Below are positions 1 through 12,520 of a DNA stretch of 64,000 bases, piece by piece. Source of the DNA: Octopus vulgaris (taxonomy: Eukaryota); NCBI GenBank assembly GCA_951406725.2, contig OX597831.1:50468001-50532000 (forward strand), in the 5' to 3' direction. The notes below the pieces were generated by a model. The model was not told the origin of the DNA and did no database searches. It saw nothing but the letters and a program-made list of their open reading frames with translations. Position numbers and translations under genes: made by a program. Each line of letters begins with the position of its first letter. Positions within the stretch are counted from its first letter, which is position 1.

Positions 1-107
1 AAAATATTTCTAACGTTGTTTCTTTATACTTTAATTTGAACTTACTGGTGTAAATTAGCACAGATATGAAAAGTTATATAGGCATATTAAATGCATGATT
101 AAACTTA

Positions 108-383
108 TTGGCATTCCTTCGATATAACTCGACAAAATCAAAGCATTTCACTTCGTGTATTTCCGTGGAAGCAATTGACAGTTCGATTCTGTTTTCTGCT
201 TGGAAATTTGCTGATTTTACATAGACACATGAAGCAGATAAGAACAAATATGCAAGGCTTTTTTTTCTTCAAGTTTAAAATGAGACATTGCTGCCATAAT
301 TTCTTTATATCTACTCCGCAATCCACGGAAATACTCATAGTGAAATGTTTTGATTTTGTCGAGTTATATCGATGGAATGCCAA
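108..383. repeat. 62-bp inverted repeat / long hairpin (arms 108-169 and 322-383)
   Basis: ttggcattccttcgatataactcgacaaaatc...ccgtgga pairs with tccacgg...gattttgtcgagttatatcgatggaatgccaa without gaps: 4 mismatches (3 T-T, 1 C-A) and one G-T. Confidence 0.9.
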
Positions 384-545
384 CTTATTAAACAAAGTTT
401 AACAATTTCAGTCATATTTTACATAAAGAGAGGAGATTAGATGTTTTAAATAGACATGAATCCAAGTAAAATAACACATTACAAAAATTAGTAAGAACAC
501 CGTAACTATATTATCCTAACGTCTTTTTATTCTTTTTCTTATACT

Positions 546-626
546 TGGCCACTGACGAGTGTTTTTTGACAACTCGGTTTCTTAAAGTGAATTTATTGTC
601 TTTCTGTATGGAACCATTGTGTAGCT
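546..626 (+). ncRNA. Degenerate type I hammerhead-like motif
   Basis: CTGACGA (552-558), partial stem II gacaa/ttgtc, GGAAC-CATT-GTG (610-621) instead of GAAAC-NNNN-GTH; layout resembles the HHR at 56863. Confidence 0.4.
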
Positions 627-737
627 TCATGAATAAAAAAATTTATCATCTCTATTATTATCTAATCTCCTCCATTTATGTAAAATATGATTGAATTTGT
701 TGAACTTTATTTAATAATTTAAATCATATATTCAATG

Positions 738-740
<3 letters not shown>

Positions 741-776
<36 letters not shown>

Positions 777-864
777 AGAGAAAAAGAGAGAGAGAGAGAG
801 AGAGAGCGTGTGTGTAAGAGAGAGAGGGAATATATATAGACACATACACACACGCATATATATC

Positions 865-940
<76 letters not shown>
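741..940. repeat. Compound (TA)n/(GA)n/(TG)n microsatellite
   Basis: Direct reading. Confidence 0.95.
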
Positions 941-941
<1 letters not shown>

Positions 942-2149
942 ATATGTAGACGACAAAAGCAACCACCTGTATTAAGAAAGATGTAGTCAGTACATATATA
1001 TATATGTATATATGATGCGTGTCTCCTTGTGTCCATGTAGTTATACGTGAACCTGTATGTGCGTGTGTGCGTGTTCGTGTATATTTCGACATATAATTAT
1101 ATGTATCTTTGTATGTTTGTGCCCACATTAAAAGAGAAGGAATTTAGAGCCTGAAAGGTGAATTTTCAGTTAATGCATATAATGGGGGGAAGTTTTGAAT
1201 GCTGGATAAAAATTACTAGATCGTTGGAAAATAATCGCCGCCTACAGCAGAACTCCCTTCAGCTTGCTATAGAGAAATTGTCATTAATATACGCCTTTAT
1301 TAGAAATCATAAAGCGTGGAATGTTTTTATAGAAGATAATGTTTTCTAGATATATCACGTATTTCCCAAAAGAATCTTTGACATTAACACTAGTATGAAT
1401 AAAACTAGCATGAATAAACACACTAGACTGGTTCTCTTTTACTGTTAGCTGGAACTACTACATTTATAACAGAAATGATTCGGTAAATATGAGATTAGAA
1501 ATAAACACAGAAATGGTGCATTTTTTGTGGTCGTTGTTGATTTTTTGCCCCAGGTCGACTCTAATCCATCAGACCTACGAATGAAATCTTTCCAGTTCGC
1601 TTTTTCAGACGAACTTGGGCATAAATAGTGAAATGTACTTTTACTTCTTTAGTATAGAAAGGTGATATGTTAAGGGTTTTTGACCGTGATCTCTAGTAGT
1701 TTAGTGGACCGTGCAGAGAATCTCTCATCAGTTCAGTGTATGTTGCTGAGCTATGATAGTAATGAGAACTAAATTTTCAAACATAAGAAACTAGATGTTG
1801 TAGAATATATACACAACTGCTTCGGAGACCCTGTGAAGACTGAGAAAACGTCTAGTCATGACGTCTAGTCATGGCGAAAATGGTTTATAGTTTTTATTCA
1901 TTTTTTGTTACATTTTGATGTTATTTTCTTGTCAAAATACTTGCAAGATATTCACGATATGTTCGAGAACAAAATCAAACAAAAGCAGCGCAGAATCATA
2001 TTACATCATTTAATCAACACTTACGAGAAAATCAATAATTATGAGCATATAAATGAACACTTAATAGAAAGAGAAAGTATTTCGAACAGTTTTACAATTA
2101 TTCTAAGCAGACGAAATTTATATGAAATAATGAATATTGAAATAATGCA

Positions 2150-3100
2150 GAGGCAACTAATTATGTCTGTGCCATTGTACAGAGTCACTAAATCTAAGTT
2201 AACCGGAAAACAATTGGTTGCGAGAATTGTATAAACAGACGACCTAATCCAAAAGAGGAAAAACATAACACGTTTTTACTTTACGAAGGAACGTGGATGT
2301 ACAGATCGACAGCTAGAAGAAGCGCAACACAGAATAGACGGGGAAATATCTCTCGATTAAGAAGGGTTCGGAGCATTCGTGTAAAATTCTTTCTACAGAA
2401 TTTTACACGAATAGGGATTGAGCTTAAAACAGAACCAAAAATAAACAGACATATCTAAGCTTGTACTTTTGTACTGACACATAAGGCGAGAAATACAAGG
2501 ATGACGATCAGTAACATTAGTAATTATGCTCGCCGGTTATTGGAAGGGTTTGTTTCTATAACGGATAACTAGTGCAATGATAACAGAGGAAGAATATGGG
2601 TAGAGGTCAGGCCTGATTTGCAAGTCTTCAAGAAAACACAAAATTCAGAAATTCATAACAAGACAGAGTCCGTGTTAAGAGCGGCAACACGAAGAGCGTC
2701 TGTTGCTTATATGTATTTTAGTAAAAGTTACTTGTGACTTGTTTGCCTTGAACAATGGAAATATTAAAAAAAAACCGAAGAGGGGCGGGAGCGGTGAAGG
2801 ATGGCCGAAGCAGCTACGAGATACGCAAGTCTCAGATTCAAGAGACACATCATTTACACACCAGAAATCGTGGAGGAAACCACCTCGATTACAATCATTC
2901 AGACAAGTGAACAAGCTTCATATCACCCGACAGTTTAAGGCTAGTATATCCCCAATCATTTTGTGACCAGCTGTAGGAAATGTAGGATGGTTAATTATCT
3001 CAAGCCATCACCGAAAATATTAGGTAAAAGAGAAAAATATCTCAAAAAAGAAGAATAGAGCTCTTAAAATTTAAAATTCCCCAAAACTTCAGCAAACCAA
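2150..3100 (+). mobile_element. Highly decayed Penelope-like element remnant (RT thumb to endonuclease C-terminus)
   Basis: Broken frames give ...KQLVARIV, FTKERGCTDRQLEEA (PLE RGY-like thumb motif) and, near 3015-3070, KILGKE/KRRIE-like residues resembling Penelope/Poseidon EN ends; many stops and shifts. Confidence 0.35.
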
Positions 3101-3392
3101 AGCACAAGCGATTATTTGTAAAACTTTCAACAGTTTATATATGTATAGTAAAATAAGGATTCGGATAGAATCAGGTACTTGAAAGGATTTGCACCAAGTA
3201 GGGTTGGATAAGCCTGTGGTTTCGGCCTATTGGTTGTTACATATCAAATAGGATATTCCGGTGGTATACTCAGAGAATACCAACCCTGAGAGTATTTAGC
3301 GCCTAGGGGCTGGTGCAAGACACGCGATACGTTGAATTGTACGTTGTATTGCACGTTGAATTGTACGTTGTCGGACACTCTAGAGTGTCATA

Positions 3393-3863
3393 AATAGAAG
3401 AATGAGAAAGTTACTTCATTACAAAAAACGCACTCATCAGATGAAACATGATTTTACAAACAAAAGAACATCCCAAGAATACAGCAGGAACATGGCTGAA
3501 CGCTGCCGAGGCCGACTATAAAATGGGAGAATGGCCAAATAAATGGGCCATTGAAGTTAAGTATATAGTTTGTGAAAGGGTGTAATATATCAAAGGTAGG
3601 CGACTCGAGTGAGACAGGAGTCTGCTACCAAAAACTCAGTCTAGCAGATTCCAATCTCACCCGGGGCAATGACCTTAGATATAATACACCCTTTCACAAA
3701 ATATATTCTAAACCTCAACGCCCCACTTTGTTGTTCATTCTTCCATTTCATAGTTGGCCTCGACAGCCTTCAACAACGACCCTGCCGTATTCTTGCGATA
3801 TTCTTTTGTTTGTAAAATTACGTTTCATCTGATGAAATAGAATAATGTTCTCATTCTTCTATT
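3393..3863. repeat. ~470-nt foldback (rod-like hairpin), loop at 3628-3641
   Basis: Arms pair outward from tctgcta/tagcaga through gtgaaagggtgt/acaccctttcac, ttacaaacaaaagaa/ttcttttgtttgtaa and tcatcagatgaaac/gtttcatctgatga to aatagaagaatgagaa/ttctcattcttctatt. Confidence 0.9.
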
Positions 3864-3882
3864 AGAAAGATGCGTAAGAAAC
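3822..3882 (+). ncRNA. Type I hammerhead-like motif at the foot of the foldback (slightly degenerate)
   Basis: gtttc-at-CTGATGA-[aatagaa...ttctatt]-a-GAAA-gatgc-GTA-a-gaaac; stems I and II visible, stem III imperfect. Confidence 0.55.
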
Positions 3883-3931
3883 AGATGTTATGAACTGACA
3901 ATTATCCATCGCATGTTATTATTCATTTGAT

Positions 3932-4183
<252 letters not shown>

Positions 4184-4185
<2 letters not shown>

Positions 4186-4624
4186 TGAATTGAAGAAATG
4201 GAGCTGAACGCAGATTGAACAGAAATCGTTTTAATTCATTCTACACGTGTTTCGAAAGGCACAAATTACCAAAATCCGATTGAATAATGGGACCATATTG
4301 TGTCTTTCTCTTCAGGAAGAAAATAGGAAATCAGTTGGAAAAACAAAAACAGAACAGAGGCGGAGCAAAAACAAATCGAACTATGCTCCTAAGAGCCCAT
4401 GGCGAAACTGTTTATCAGTGTATGTTGAGAACCGGTGGCTGAAGAATTTAACGGGTCAGGCATCGGTCAATCATGTGGGTGAGGGTGTGTAGGTGTTCTT
4501 TATGACCGAGAATAAAGTTCTGACTATTTAAGGAATATTGGATGTTTTATAAGGGGCGAGAAAAAATCTACTTAGAGACGTGTGTGTGTGTATACTGTTC
4601 TATATATGTGTGTTGGCGTAGGGG
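4184..4624 (-). repeat. Inverted pseudo-LTR copy (441 bp)
   Basis: Reverse complement of 6235-6675; three substitutions seen, no indels. Confidence 0.95.
4232..4325 (-). ncRNA. Type I hammerhead ribozyme (inverted pLTR copy)
   Basis: Reverse complement of the HHR at 6534-6627. Confidence 0.8.
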
Positions 4625-5955
4625 ATATTTTTAAGCAGAAAGCGGAATTTTATAACGCCGCACTATCCAAGGCCGGTTATAGGCAGAAGGTAATTTATAT
4701 TGATCCGGCCCTTCCGATGCCATCATTCGGTCATCAGGATAGGGCCGTATATAATAACATTAACATTTTAAGTAAGGACGGGAGCGCGGCGGATGCCGGG
4801 GTAGTCGCTCCCGCATTTAATTTATCGAACAAGGATAATTATCGGTCCGGGAGGTCTTACACTAACCCAAGACCCGTTGTTCATCCGAGAATCACCCACC
4901 CGAACGCGAGAGCTGGCGTCCCGACCCATCACACTGATAGGAATAAGCATATATGGTTTGTAATCCCCTTTGGTAAGCAGATTAGAACTAACCTCCCCCT
5001 CATGTTTAGACAAGCCATCGCCAATAACTTCCCCAGAAATTCCAAATATTACTCCACGGTTAACTCGCATAAAGTTAGGATAGCTTTCTCCAACACTAAA
5101 AACCTCGCCCAGATAATCGCCTCCCATAATAATAGGCTACTTACTAAGACCCTATCACCTTTTTCCGGAGGCACAGCCTCTTCCGCTCCCGGTTTAATGC
5201 TCAGTAGGAATAGTTATAGTAGTAATGATGATATGAGAGCCAGTACAGTGACACATAATCTCAGCTCCAGCCAGGGAGTACCCACTAGGGGTATAGTTAT
5301 AAATAGGGGTGTTGTGGTTGACGGTAACAATGGGAGTAGGGTAGAGAGCCCCAATAGCATCCCCAGCATCATTTCCCGCAATAGCAGCACCACGGGCAGT
5401 AGCAATGACAGCACTCTGATAGATAGTGGAGAATCAGGGGTTATTCCTATAGTTAATAGTGACGTAGTGGAAAATAGAGTAGTAAGCGGCTGCAGGTCTC
5501 GGAACGAATATAGTGACAGGAACGCAGTTCTAATTTCAGAAACTAATCCTAGCAGAATAAGATTCACGTCGGCGAACTCCAAGATCAAAAACGCCGTCTA
5601 CCAATGCAAGGTTTACACGGACTCAGATGTCTTCACTTATGTAGGGGCCTCATCCTCAAGATTGTCTTTGCGTATCTCCAACCATTACGCAACTTTTCGG
5701 GACATGAACAAGCGCCAGACCACGGGACTCAGTAAGCTAATATGGCGACTGAAGGATACGAACTTAAGCTACAGGCTGGAATGGTCAATTTTGTCGGTGG
5801 CCCTCCCATTTGATAGGGGCAGAAGGCAGTGCAACCTTTGTGTTTCCGAACTCTTCCATATTTTGTTTGCCAGAGGCCGGATGGTAAACGGGCTTTTACA
5901 GTCGGCTTTTCGATGCCCCCATTGGCGGCGCTACACTTATCTGGCTTTTAAATAG
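4582..5955 (+). CDS. PLE RT-thumb/linker + GIY-YIG endonuclease (RT core absent); homology starts at ~4625
   Basis: FKQKAEFYNAALSKAGY; HIWFVIPF...NFP...KVRIAFSNTKNLAQIIASHNNRLL; AVYQCKV...TYVGAS...RISNH...TGLSKLIWRLK...WSIL...CNLCVSE...N...CPH, matching from memory C-terminal-EN Hydra-type PLE proteins. The first 14 codons come from the inverted arm. Confidence 0.8.
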   Translation: MCVYTVLYMCVGVGDIFKQKAEFYNAALSKAGYRQKVIYIDPALPMPSFGHQDRAVYNNINILSKDGSAADAGVVAPAFNLSNKDNYRSGRSYTNPRPVVHPRITHPNARAGVPTHHTDRNKHIWFVIPFGKQIRTNLPLMFRQAIANNFPRNSKYYSTVNSHKVRIAFSNTKNLAQIIASHNNRLLTKTLSPFSGGTASSAPGLMLSRNSYSSNDDMRASTVTHNLSSSQGVPTRGIVINRGVVVDGNNGSRVESPNSIPSIISRNSSTTGSSNDSTLIDSGESGVIPIVNSDVVENRVVSGCRSRNEYSDRNAVLISETNPSRIRFTSANSKIKNAVYQCKVYTDSDVFTYVGASSSRLSLRISNHYATFRDMNKRQTTGLSKLIWRLKDTNLSYRLEWSILSVALPFDRGRRQCNLCVSELFHILFARGRMVNGLLQSAFRCPHWRRYTYLAFK

Positions 5956-6234
5956 CGTTTATAAATAATACCGGCACCCATAGCCCTTGGTAACAAATTC
6001 TGAAATAGCCTTTAAGATATCTACGATTAGCCACTGCAAGGGGAATTACTCCTGTAAGACAAACGGGGCTTGGTTTTTTCACAGCGGGGGGTTTCCTTGA
6101 CAAGGCAGGCTTAGATGAACACACACATAAAACATAATATATATTTTTTTTTCTGCCACCCAACGGTTCTGACAGCAGTAGCCACTGACAGCCGAACGAT
6201 CAAACGCACACACGTACACAAAAAATGTTTTCTA

Positions 6235-6675
6235 CCCCTACGCCAACACACATATATAGAACAGTATACACACACACACGTCTCTAAGTAGATTTTTTCT
6301 CGCCCCTTATAAAACATCCAATATTCCTTAAATAGTCAGAACTTTATTCTCGGTCACAAAGAACACCTACACACCCTCACCCACATGATTGACCGATGCC
6401 TGACCCGTTAAATTCTTCAGCCACCGGTTCTCAACATACACTGATAAACAGTTTCGCCATGGGCTCTTAGGAGCATAGTTCGATTTGTTTTTGCTCCGCC
6501 TCTGTTCTGTTTTTGTTTTTCCAACGGATTTCCTATTTTCTTCCTGAAGAGAAAGACACAATATGGTCCCATTATTCAATCGGATTTTGGTAATTTGTGC
6601 CTTTCGAAACACGTGTAGAATGAAATAAAACGATTTCTGTTCAATCTGCGTTCAGCTCCATTTCTTCAATTCACC
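6235..6675 (+). repeat. Pseudo-LTR segment (441 bp) duplicated in inverted form at the 5' end
   Basis: Matches 4184-4624 in reverse complement. Confidence 0.95.
6534..6627 (+). ncRNA. Type I hammerhead ribozyme in the pLTR
   Basis: Stem I tattttcttc/gaatgaaata; CTGAAGA 6544-6550; long stem II gaaagacacaa...ttgtgcctttc; GAAAC-ACGT-GTA 6606-6617 with palindromic stem III typical of PLE HHRs. Confidence 0.85.
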
Positions 6676-6830
6676 AATAATGTTTTAATTTCAATTATCC
6701 GCACCAACGCACGGTTGCAACACCATATGGTTGTACCTCCAACCGTGCTGTTTACTGCTGTGATTTTTGCTACTAAGGTATCGGTTAAACTTTTGATTAA
6801 TCTACTACAAGATTATTCATCTTTCTATTT

Positions 6831-6953
<123 letters not shown>

Positions 6954-7379
6954 TTTCGTTAGGTTGTGGAAACTCCTTTCATTCTGATTAAGCAGCCTCT
7001 CACAGGAATGACTACTCCAATATATGGCGAACATAGATATAATAAGTCGTAGAAATTTGTAATAAAGATCGTGAGGAATCCTGATCATTGTAAGTGAATG
7101 TTTAAAATTGTACATGGCGGTATTGATTTGTTGTATTATTTATTCTGTGTGATTTTAACAAATTTTAACTCATTTTATTATATGTGCTGCATAACGCTTT
7201 GGACTGAGCATAACGTTTTTCTCTTTCCTGTTTTTGTAAGTCTTCTGTTTAACATCTTTCGAATTTTATTGCATTACAGTCGAGCGAATACCATTCATAG
7301 AAATATCATCATTGCCATCATCATCATCACCATCCTCATCATTATCATCATTATTGATGTCGTTGTTATTCTTGTTGTT

Positions 7380-7380
7380 A

Positions 7381-7448
<68 letters not shown>
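7380..7448. repeat. (AAT)n microsatellite
   Basis: Direct reading. Confidence 0.95.
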
Positions 7449-7449
<1 letters not shown>

Positions 7450-8479
7450 TTCCAGATAAAATGGCAATTATTTTGAAAAGCACATGAACTTGAAAAGGGG
7501 TTATCGAAATGAAAATGAAGAATCTACCAAAGAGAGAAAAACACTGCAGTGCTTGTGATTCTAGAGAAGCCAAATAAAAATAAGATGAAATAACAAAAAC
7601 ACGGTACTTAAAATTATAATATTGTCTAATATCGTAGTGAAAAATATTATGCGAATAGATCTTAGCCTAACAGAAAAGAAGAGGAATGATTACTGAAGAT
7701 AACGCGTACTCTTTTATAAATAAAACATCCACTTCAACTCCAACCCCAAGTAATGATATGGAGAAATAAAGAAATCAAAACGGAATTAAAAGAACACGCG
7801 AAATGGTTGATATAAAAAAAAAAGATCGCAATAAGTGTATGCAATGAACAAGGCAATAAAGAGGAATACAGTAAGTATCGAGGAAATAAGTATAGAAATC
7901 AAAATGTTAGAAGGTTAGAACAGCAGAAGCCTCTGAACCATTTAAGAGAAATATTAAGTGTAAAACCCTTTTAGCGACAAATTACAAAAATCCAAATATT
8001 TCATACGAGCACTTGAAATATTTGTAAAGATTTCCAGAGTTTCTAAAGAAGCAAATAAAAACAGGTTATCTTGTATAGTAGAAACCAACTTTAATATCTA
8101 ACTCTAAGAATACAAAGCCTAAAAACCTGTTGTTTGTATAACACTCATACGGAAGCTGCTATGGACACAGCACAATCCAATGACTAAAATGTTTGCTTCA
8201 CAATCATGAGGTCTCAGGATCGATTATACTGCATGTCATCTTAGCAAGAGATATTTATCAAAGCACCGGCAGACCTCTGCCATGTGATTTTAAATTGGAA
8301 GATGGAGACTGTACGTAAAGCTCGTCGAGTAAAATACACCCGTAATTCAAGTGACCAGCATTGTCGCACACTTTCCCACGCTGATTCCGTTTGAGAATTA
8401 CGCTCTAAAGACACATAGCTAACAACTGAAAACTTGTCGAAACTGATGGTGATCCATTTAGCATTTAGTTGATGATAAC

Positions 8480-8840
8480 AATTGCTTTGTGATCGAGAAT
8501 TCGTTCGTCGTTACATTCTGAGTTCGAATTCGGTCGAGATCGGCTTTGTCTTTCATGCATGAGGGTTCGATGAAATAAGTATCAGTCTAGTGGTGGGGGT
8601 CGATATAATCAATTATCCCCGCCTAACAAAATTAAAACCCTTGTATTTATCATTAGGCGATGGGCTGGCAGTACTCCGTTTGTGTTTTCGTTCTAATTTC
8701 AAATTACGCCGAGGGTGACCTTGCCTTTGATCCCTTCGGTGTCGATAAAATAAGTACCAGTCAAGTACTGGAGTCGATGTAATAGTCTCACTGCTTCCAT
8801 CGCTTCAACATTTCTGGCCTTGTGCCAAAATTTGAAATCA
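8480..8840 (+). mobile_element. Two decayed Nin/Deu-domain SINE copies
   Basis: gagttcgaattc...tttcat...gataaaataagtaccag...gtcgatgtaat, as in cleaner copies at 43870 and 46496. Confidence 0.7.
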
Positions 8841-10890
8841 ATTTTGCGCGTCATGCAAGTATAGGTTAACGACAAATAAATCTTACATCCAGTTAGCGCA
8901 TACGAATAGAAATGTCATAAAGCGTAGTGAAGTACGACTTCAGAAAAGCCATTTGGGGGTCTAAGAAGTTCTTAAGTTTACTTGATAGCGATTCCGAAAG
9001 ATAAGCATTTACCAAGTCGATTTTACTATTCATCAAATAAAATAATGTTCAAATATATATCTTGTTCAATTCTACGAGTTCAATTCTACAAGTAATACAC
9101 TTGTTCAATTCTAACAATCATATGCCTGCATGATAAAATACATATTTTATCTGAGGTGATAATGGATGATCATTTTTTACTTTTTACAAAACAAAAAAAA
9201 AATGCATGAATTTAGAATTCAATCTACCTCAGTAGTGCTAGAACTCAGGATAAAAATGGACAGTTAAAAATGTGAGAGGCTTTCAATAGAAACTACAGTT
9301 CCAAACACTGGGAGCCTTGTTGAGATCGTTTTGTCTGCTAGAAATAGTAGCCAAATTTTCCCAAATTCTTATTCTAAGGCCTGAAAAGAAATTGTTACGT
9401 AATTTTGTTTTGTATACATGACTGACGTTATATCGTTACTCAGAGGTTTACTTGATTATAACAAATCCGGGGTTAAACAAATAGCAACAACGGAAAATGA
9501 AATCGTGATGAATTTTCAAATATTCATCACCTTGTACATTTCCATGTCTGAAAAGTAGCTATCATTGACTATATTGAGAGATTATTAAAGAAATCAATAT
9601 TACTTGATATTTACTTTGGTGGAGTAGAGGAAGCGCTAGAATGCCGTAACTAGACAACAATTGTCAATAGTGCTAGTGATAGTGCTTTTTTATAATAACA
9701 GATATAATTTAAATTGAGTAATGCTTTATTTTTGATTATAACATTGGTACGTTTTCTTCTCTCTCACTTCAACTTAATAATATAGTGAATTAGCTTCTCT
9801 ATTTATGTTTTCTTAGTTAAATTGGTGCTCTAGGACGCTGATATTGATATTCCTCATTCCGATGTCGATAATTTAAATAACGTATACGAATTAATTCAAT
9901 GGTCTGTAGCTATTATATAACGTTCCATAGACTTACTCCTATATTAAAAATCAATATCAATTGATATTAATGCAAACGATTTCATACCGTGCATATGGTA
10001 ACTACGAATTGATTTTAATTGCTGAGGACAGTTATTTCACTTTCCTTTAATTGCTCAAAGGCGCTTGAAAGACATAGGTTTAACACTCATGTCTCTTCCT
10101 CACGTATACAACCACCTTGTCCGTGACAGCAAGACAATATCACACTCACTCGTAAAGAATATAAAGTAATTATGACTCACGTATTGATTGACATTTCATA
10201 TTGAAAATTCGATTATCATTGTTAAAATAAAAATATTTTTACTTTCATATTTAATACCCTAATTTATTTATTTAATTGAACAATCAATGAATTGCTCTCG
10301 GCACAAATCCTGTTTTACTTTCCAGATTATGTTGTTGTTGTCCTAGTTGTTGTTGTTGTACTTCTTCTTCTTTTTCTTCATCTTTGAGCTCTTGTATTCT
10401 TATATATTTTTTTAATATTTACGTTTTTTTATTTTGTTTCTTCAACGTTTCACATTATTTATATTTTCTAATCATACATTCAAGATTACTTAATTTTCTT
10501 TCTTCGTTGCATAAATAAGTATTTATAATATTTATTTTATTTCCTTTCTATTCAACTTCAATTATTCATCTGGTGTTTGTATTATTATCGTTGTTGCTGT
10601 CATCATTGTTTAAAATTCATTACAAGTTACCCTTCATCTTAATTCTGTTCTCTTATAATCTTATGCAATATTTTTTCTTTCTTTAATCTTATCTATTATT
10701 GTTATATTTCTCTTTTCACTAATCACTTCGTTGTGTCTTCTCTTTATTTTTTTGTATTAGTCTTCTTTCTTTTTGTTCTAGTGCATTTCTTTTAATTACT
10801 TCTAGACTATATATATATATATATATACGTACATATATGATGTGTATGTATACGATCAAAAAAATATATATTACATATATATATTATATG

Positions 10891-10962
<72 letters not shown>

Positions 10963-11257
10963 GATGCCATAGATTGCTTATATATTCCGGAACTAAACAA
11001 ACAGATCTAGTCTGAAATATTGCCAATCAAAATACAGTAATGACATATTAAATTCCTTAAACATTATTATGCATAACAAAATAAATATATGTGTATGTGT
11101 GTGCATGCGTGTGCGTGTGGTTGTACGTATAATTATGTAAATACTTACGCATGAATACGTATACGTATTTTTATATATTTATGTGTGTGTATGCATGTAT
11201 GTATGTATGTATACATATGTGCATAATGTATATGTGTATGTGGGTAAGTGTATGCAC

Positions 11258-11294
<37 letters not shown>

Positions 11295-11349
11295 TACAAC
11301 CACATTTTGCGTACACATATACAAACGCACACACATACATATATATATA

Positions 11350-11398
<49 letters not shown>

Positions 11399-11424
11399 GT
11401 ATATATATCTGTATATATATATGT

Positions 11425-11466
<42 letters not shown>

Positions 11467-11544
11467 TTATACAAATGTACATATATGTATATACATCTAT
11501 ATACATATATGTATATCTATATCTTTCTATCTATCTATATATAT

Positions 11545-12510
11545 AGGGAGAATTCACAAAAAATCAAAAGACGAATAGAGGTGGTGTAGACAGCAAACAG
11601 ATGTATTAGTTTAACGCCCGGGAAGTGAAAAAGTCTTTAACGTTTCGAGCCTACGCTCTTCCACAGAAATGAACACAGAAACAGGGAGAGAAAATAAAGA
11701 ATGTGTAGTGGCTAGGGAACTGTCATGGCGAATGCCGAGCAGAGGGGTTACACATGGGAGCTAGGAAGAAAGGGAGATGATAAAGTAATGGTGATCCCAA
11801 AACGAAGGTGCACGTGCGTGTATATAAGACAGTATGTATGTGCGTGTGGGAGATGGCTGGTGACCTTGATCTGTGCGTGTTTGTATGTGGGGCTAGGAAG
11901 TGGTCAGTGTTATTGTGTGCGTGGTGGTGTGATATGATGTGATGTGGTATTGTGTGGTATGGTGGTGTATGGTGTAGTGGTATGTGGTGTGATGTGATGG
12001 TGTTGGGATGTGAGGGAGGCGAGAGTGCGGAAAGCAGGAGTGGGTTGTGGGTTAGGCTGAGGGTGGGGTTAGAGGTGGGGTATGTGAGTAGGTTGAGGGT
12101 GGGGTTAGAGATGGGGTATGTAGGAGTGGGTGTAAAGGATCTGGTGGGGTGTGATGGGATGGATAGAGAAGGGGGGTTCGATTGTGTTGGTGGGGTCGGG
12201 TTACGAGGGCGGGGTGACGATGAAGGGGCAAGGGAGAAGGGGGGTAGGAGTGAATAGAAGAGAGAAGGAGAGTAGGAGTAAAGAAAAGTAAAGTCGGAGC
12301 AAGCGAGGAGAGGTGGCTGGGAGGAAGTAGGTATGAGGGGAGAGAGGAGAGGGGAGGTGGTTAGATGAAGATGGGAGGAGAGTTGTGCCCATGTGACGCA
12401 AGGGAGTGAAGAGAGAAGATTAATCCCTGTTCACAGCGCAAACGGGAGTCTGGATGGCCCTGTGCAAGGACAATCAGAACACAGACAGGTGTTGCAAAGA
12501 GAGACCGGTA
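11545..12510 (-). mobile_element. 3' part of a Neptune-like PLE (EN C-terminus, low-complexity 3' UTR, pLTR with HHR variant)
   Basis: Minus frame GHPDSRLRCEQGLIFSLHSLASHG resembles the Neptune EN end (R..EQ..IF.L.TL.P.G); 3' end is shared with 14615-14735, 28660-28800 and 58168-58300. Confidence 0.7.
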
Positions 12511-12520
12511 TATACATATG

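Noticed and set aside
3375-3447. Complete minus-strand HHR in the left arm of the foldback
   Set aside because: CTGATGA is present, but no properly placed GAAA/NUH follows
4247-4492. Identical 81-aa ORFs at 4247 (+) and 6367 (-)
   Set aside because: By-product of the inverted pLTR; antisense to the HHR, GTG start, no recognisable domain
4184-6675. DNA transposon with long TIRs
   Set aside because: No DDE transposase; the PLE-type thumb and GIY-YIG, the HHRs and the unpaired 3' tail favour a PLE
11930-12360. G-rich tract with ggttag motifs (telomere-like or G-quadruplex)
   Set aside because: Low-complexity 3' UTR of the Neptune-like PLE; no TTAGGG array
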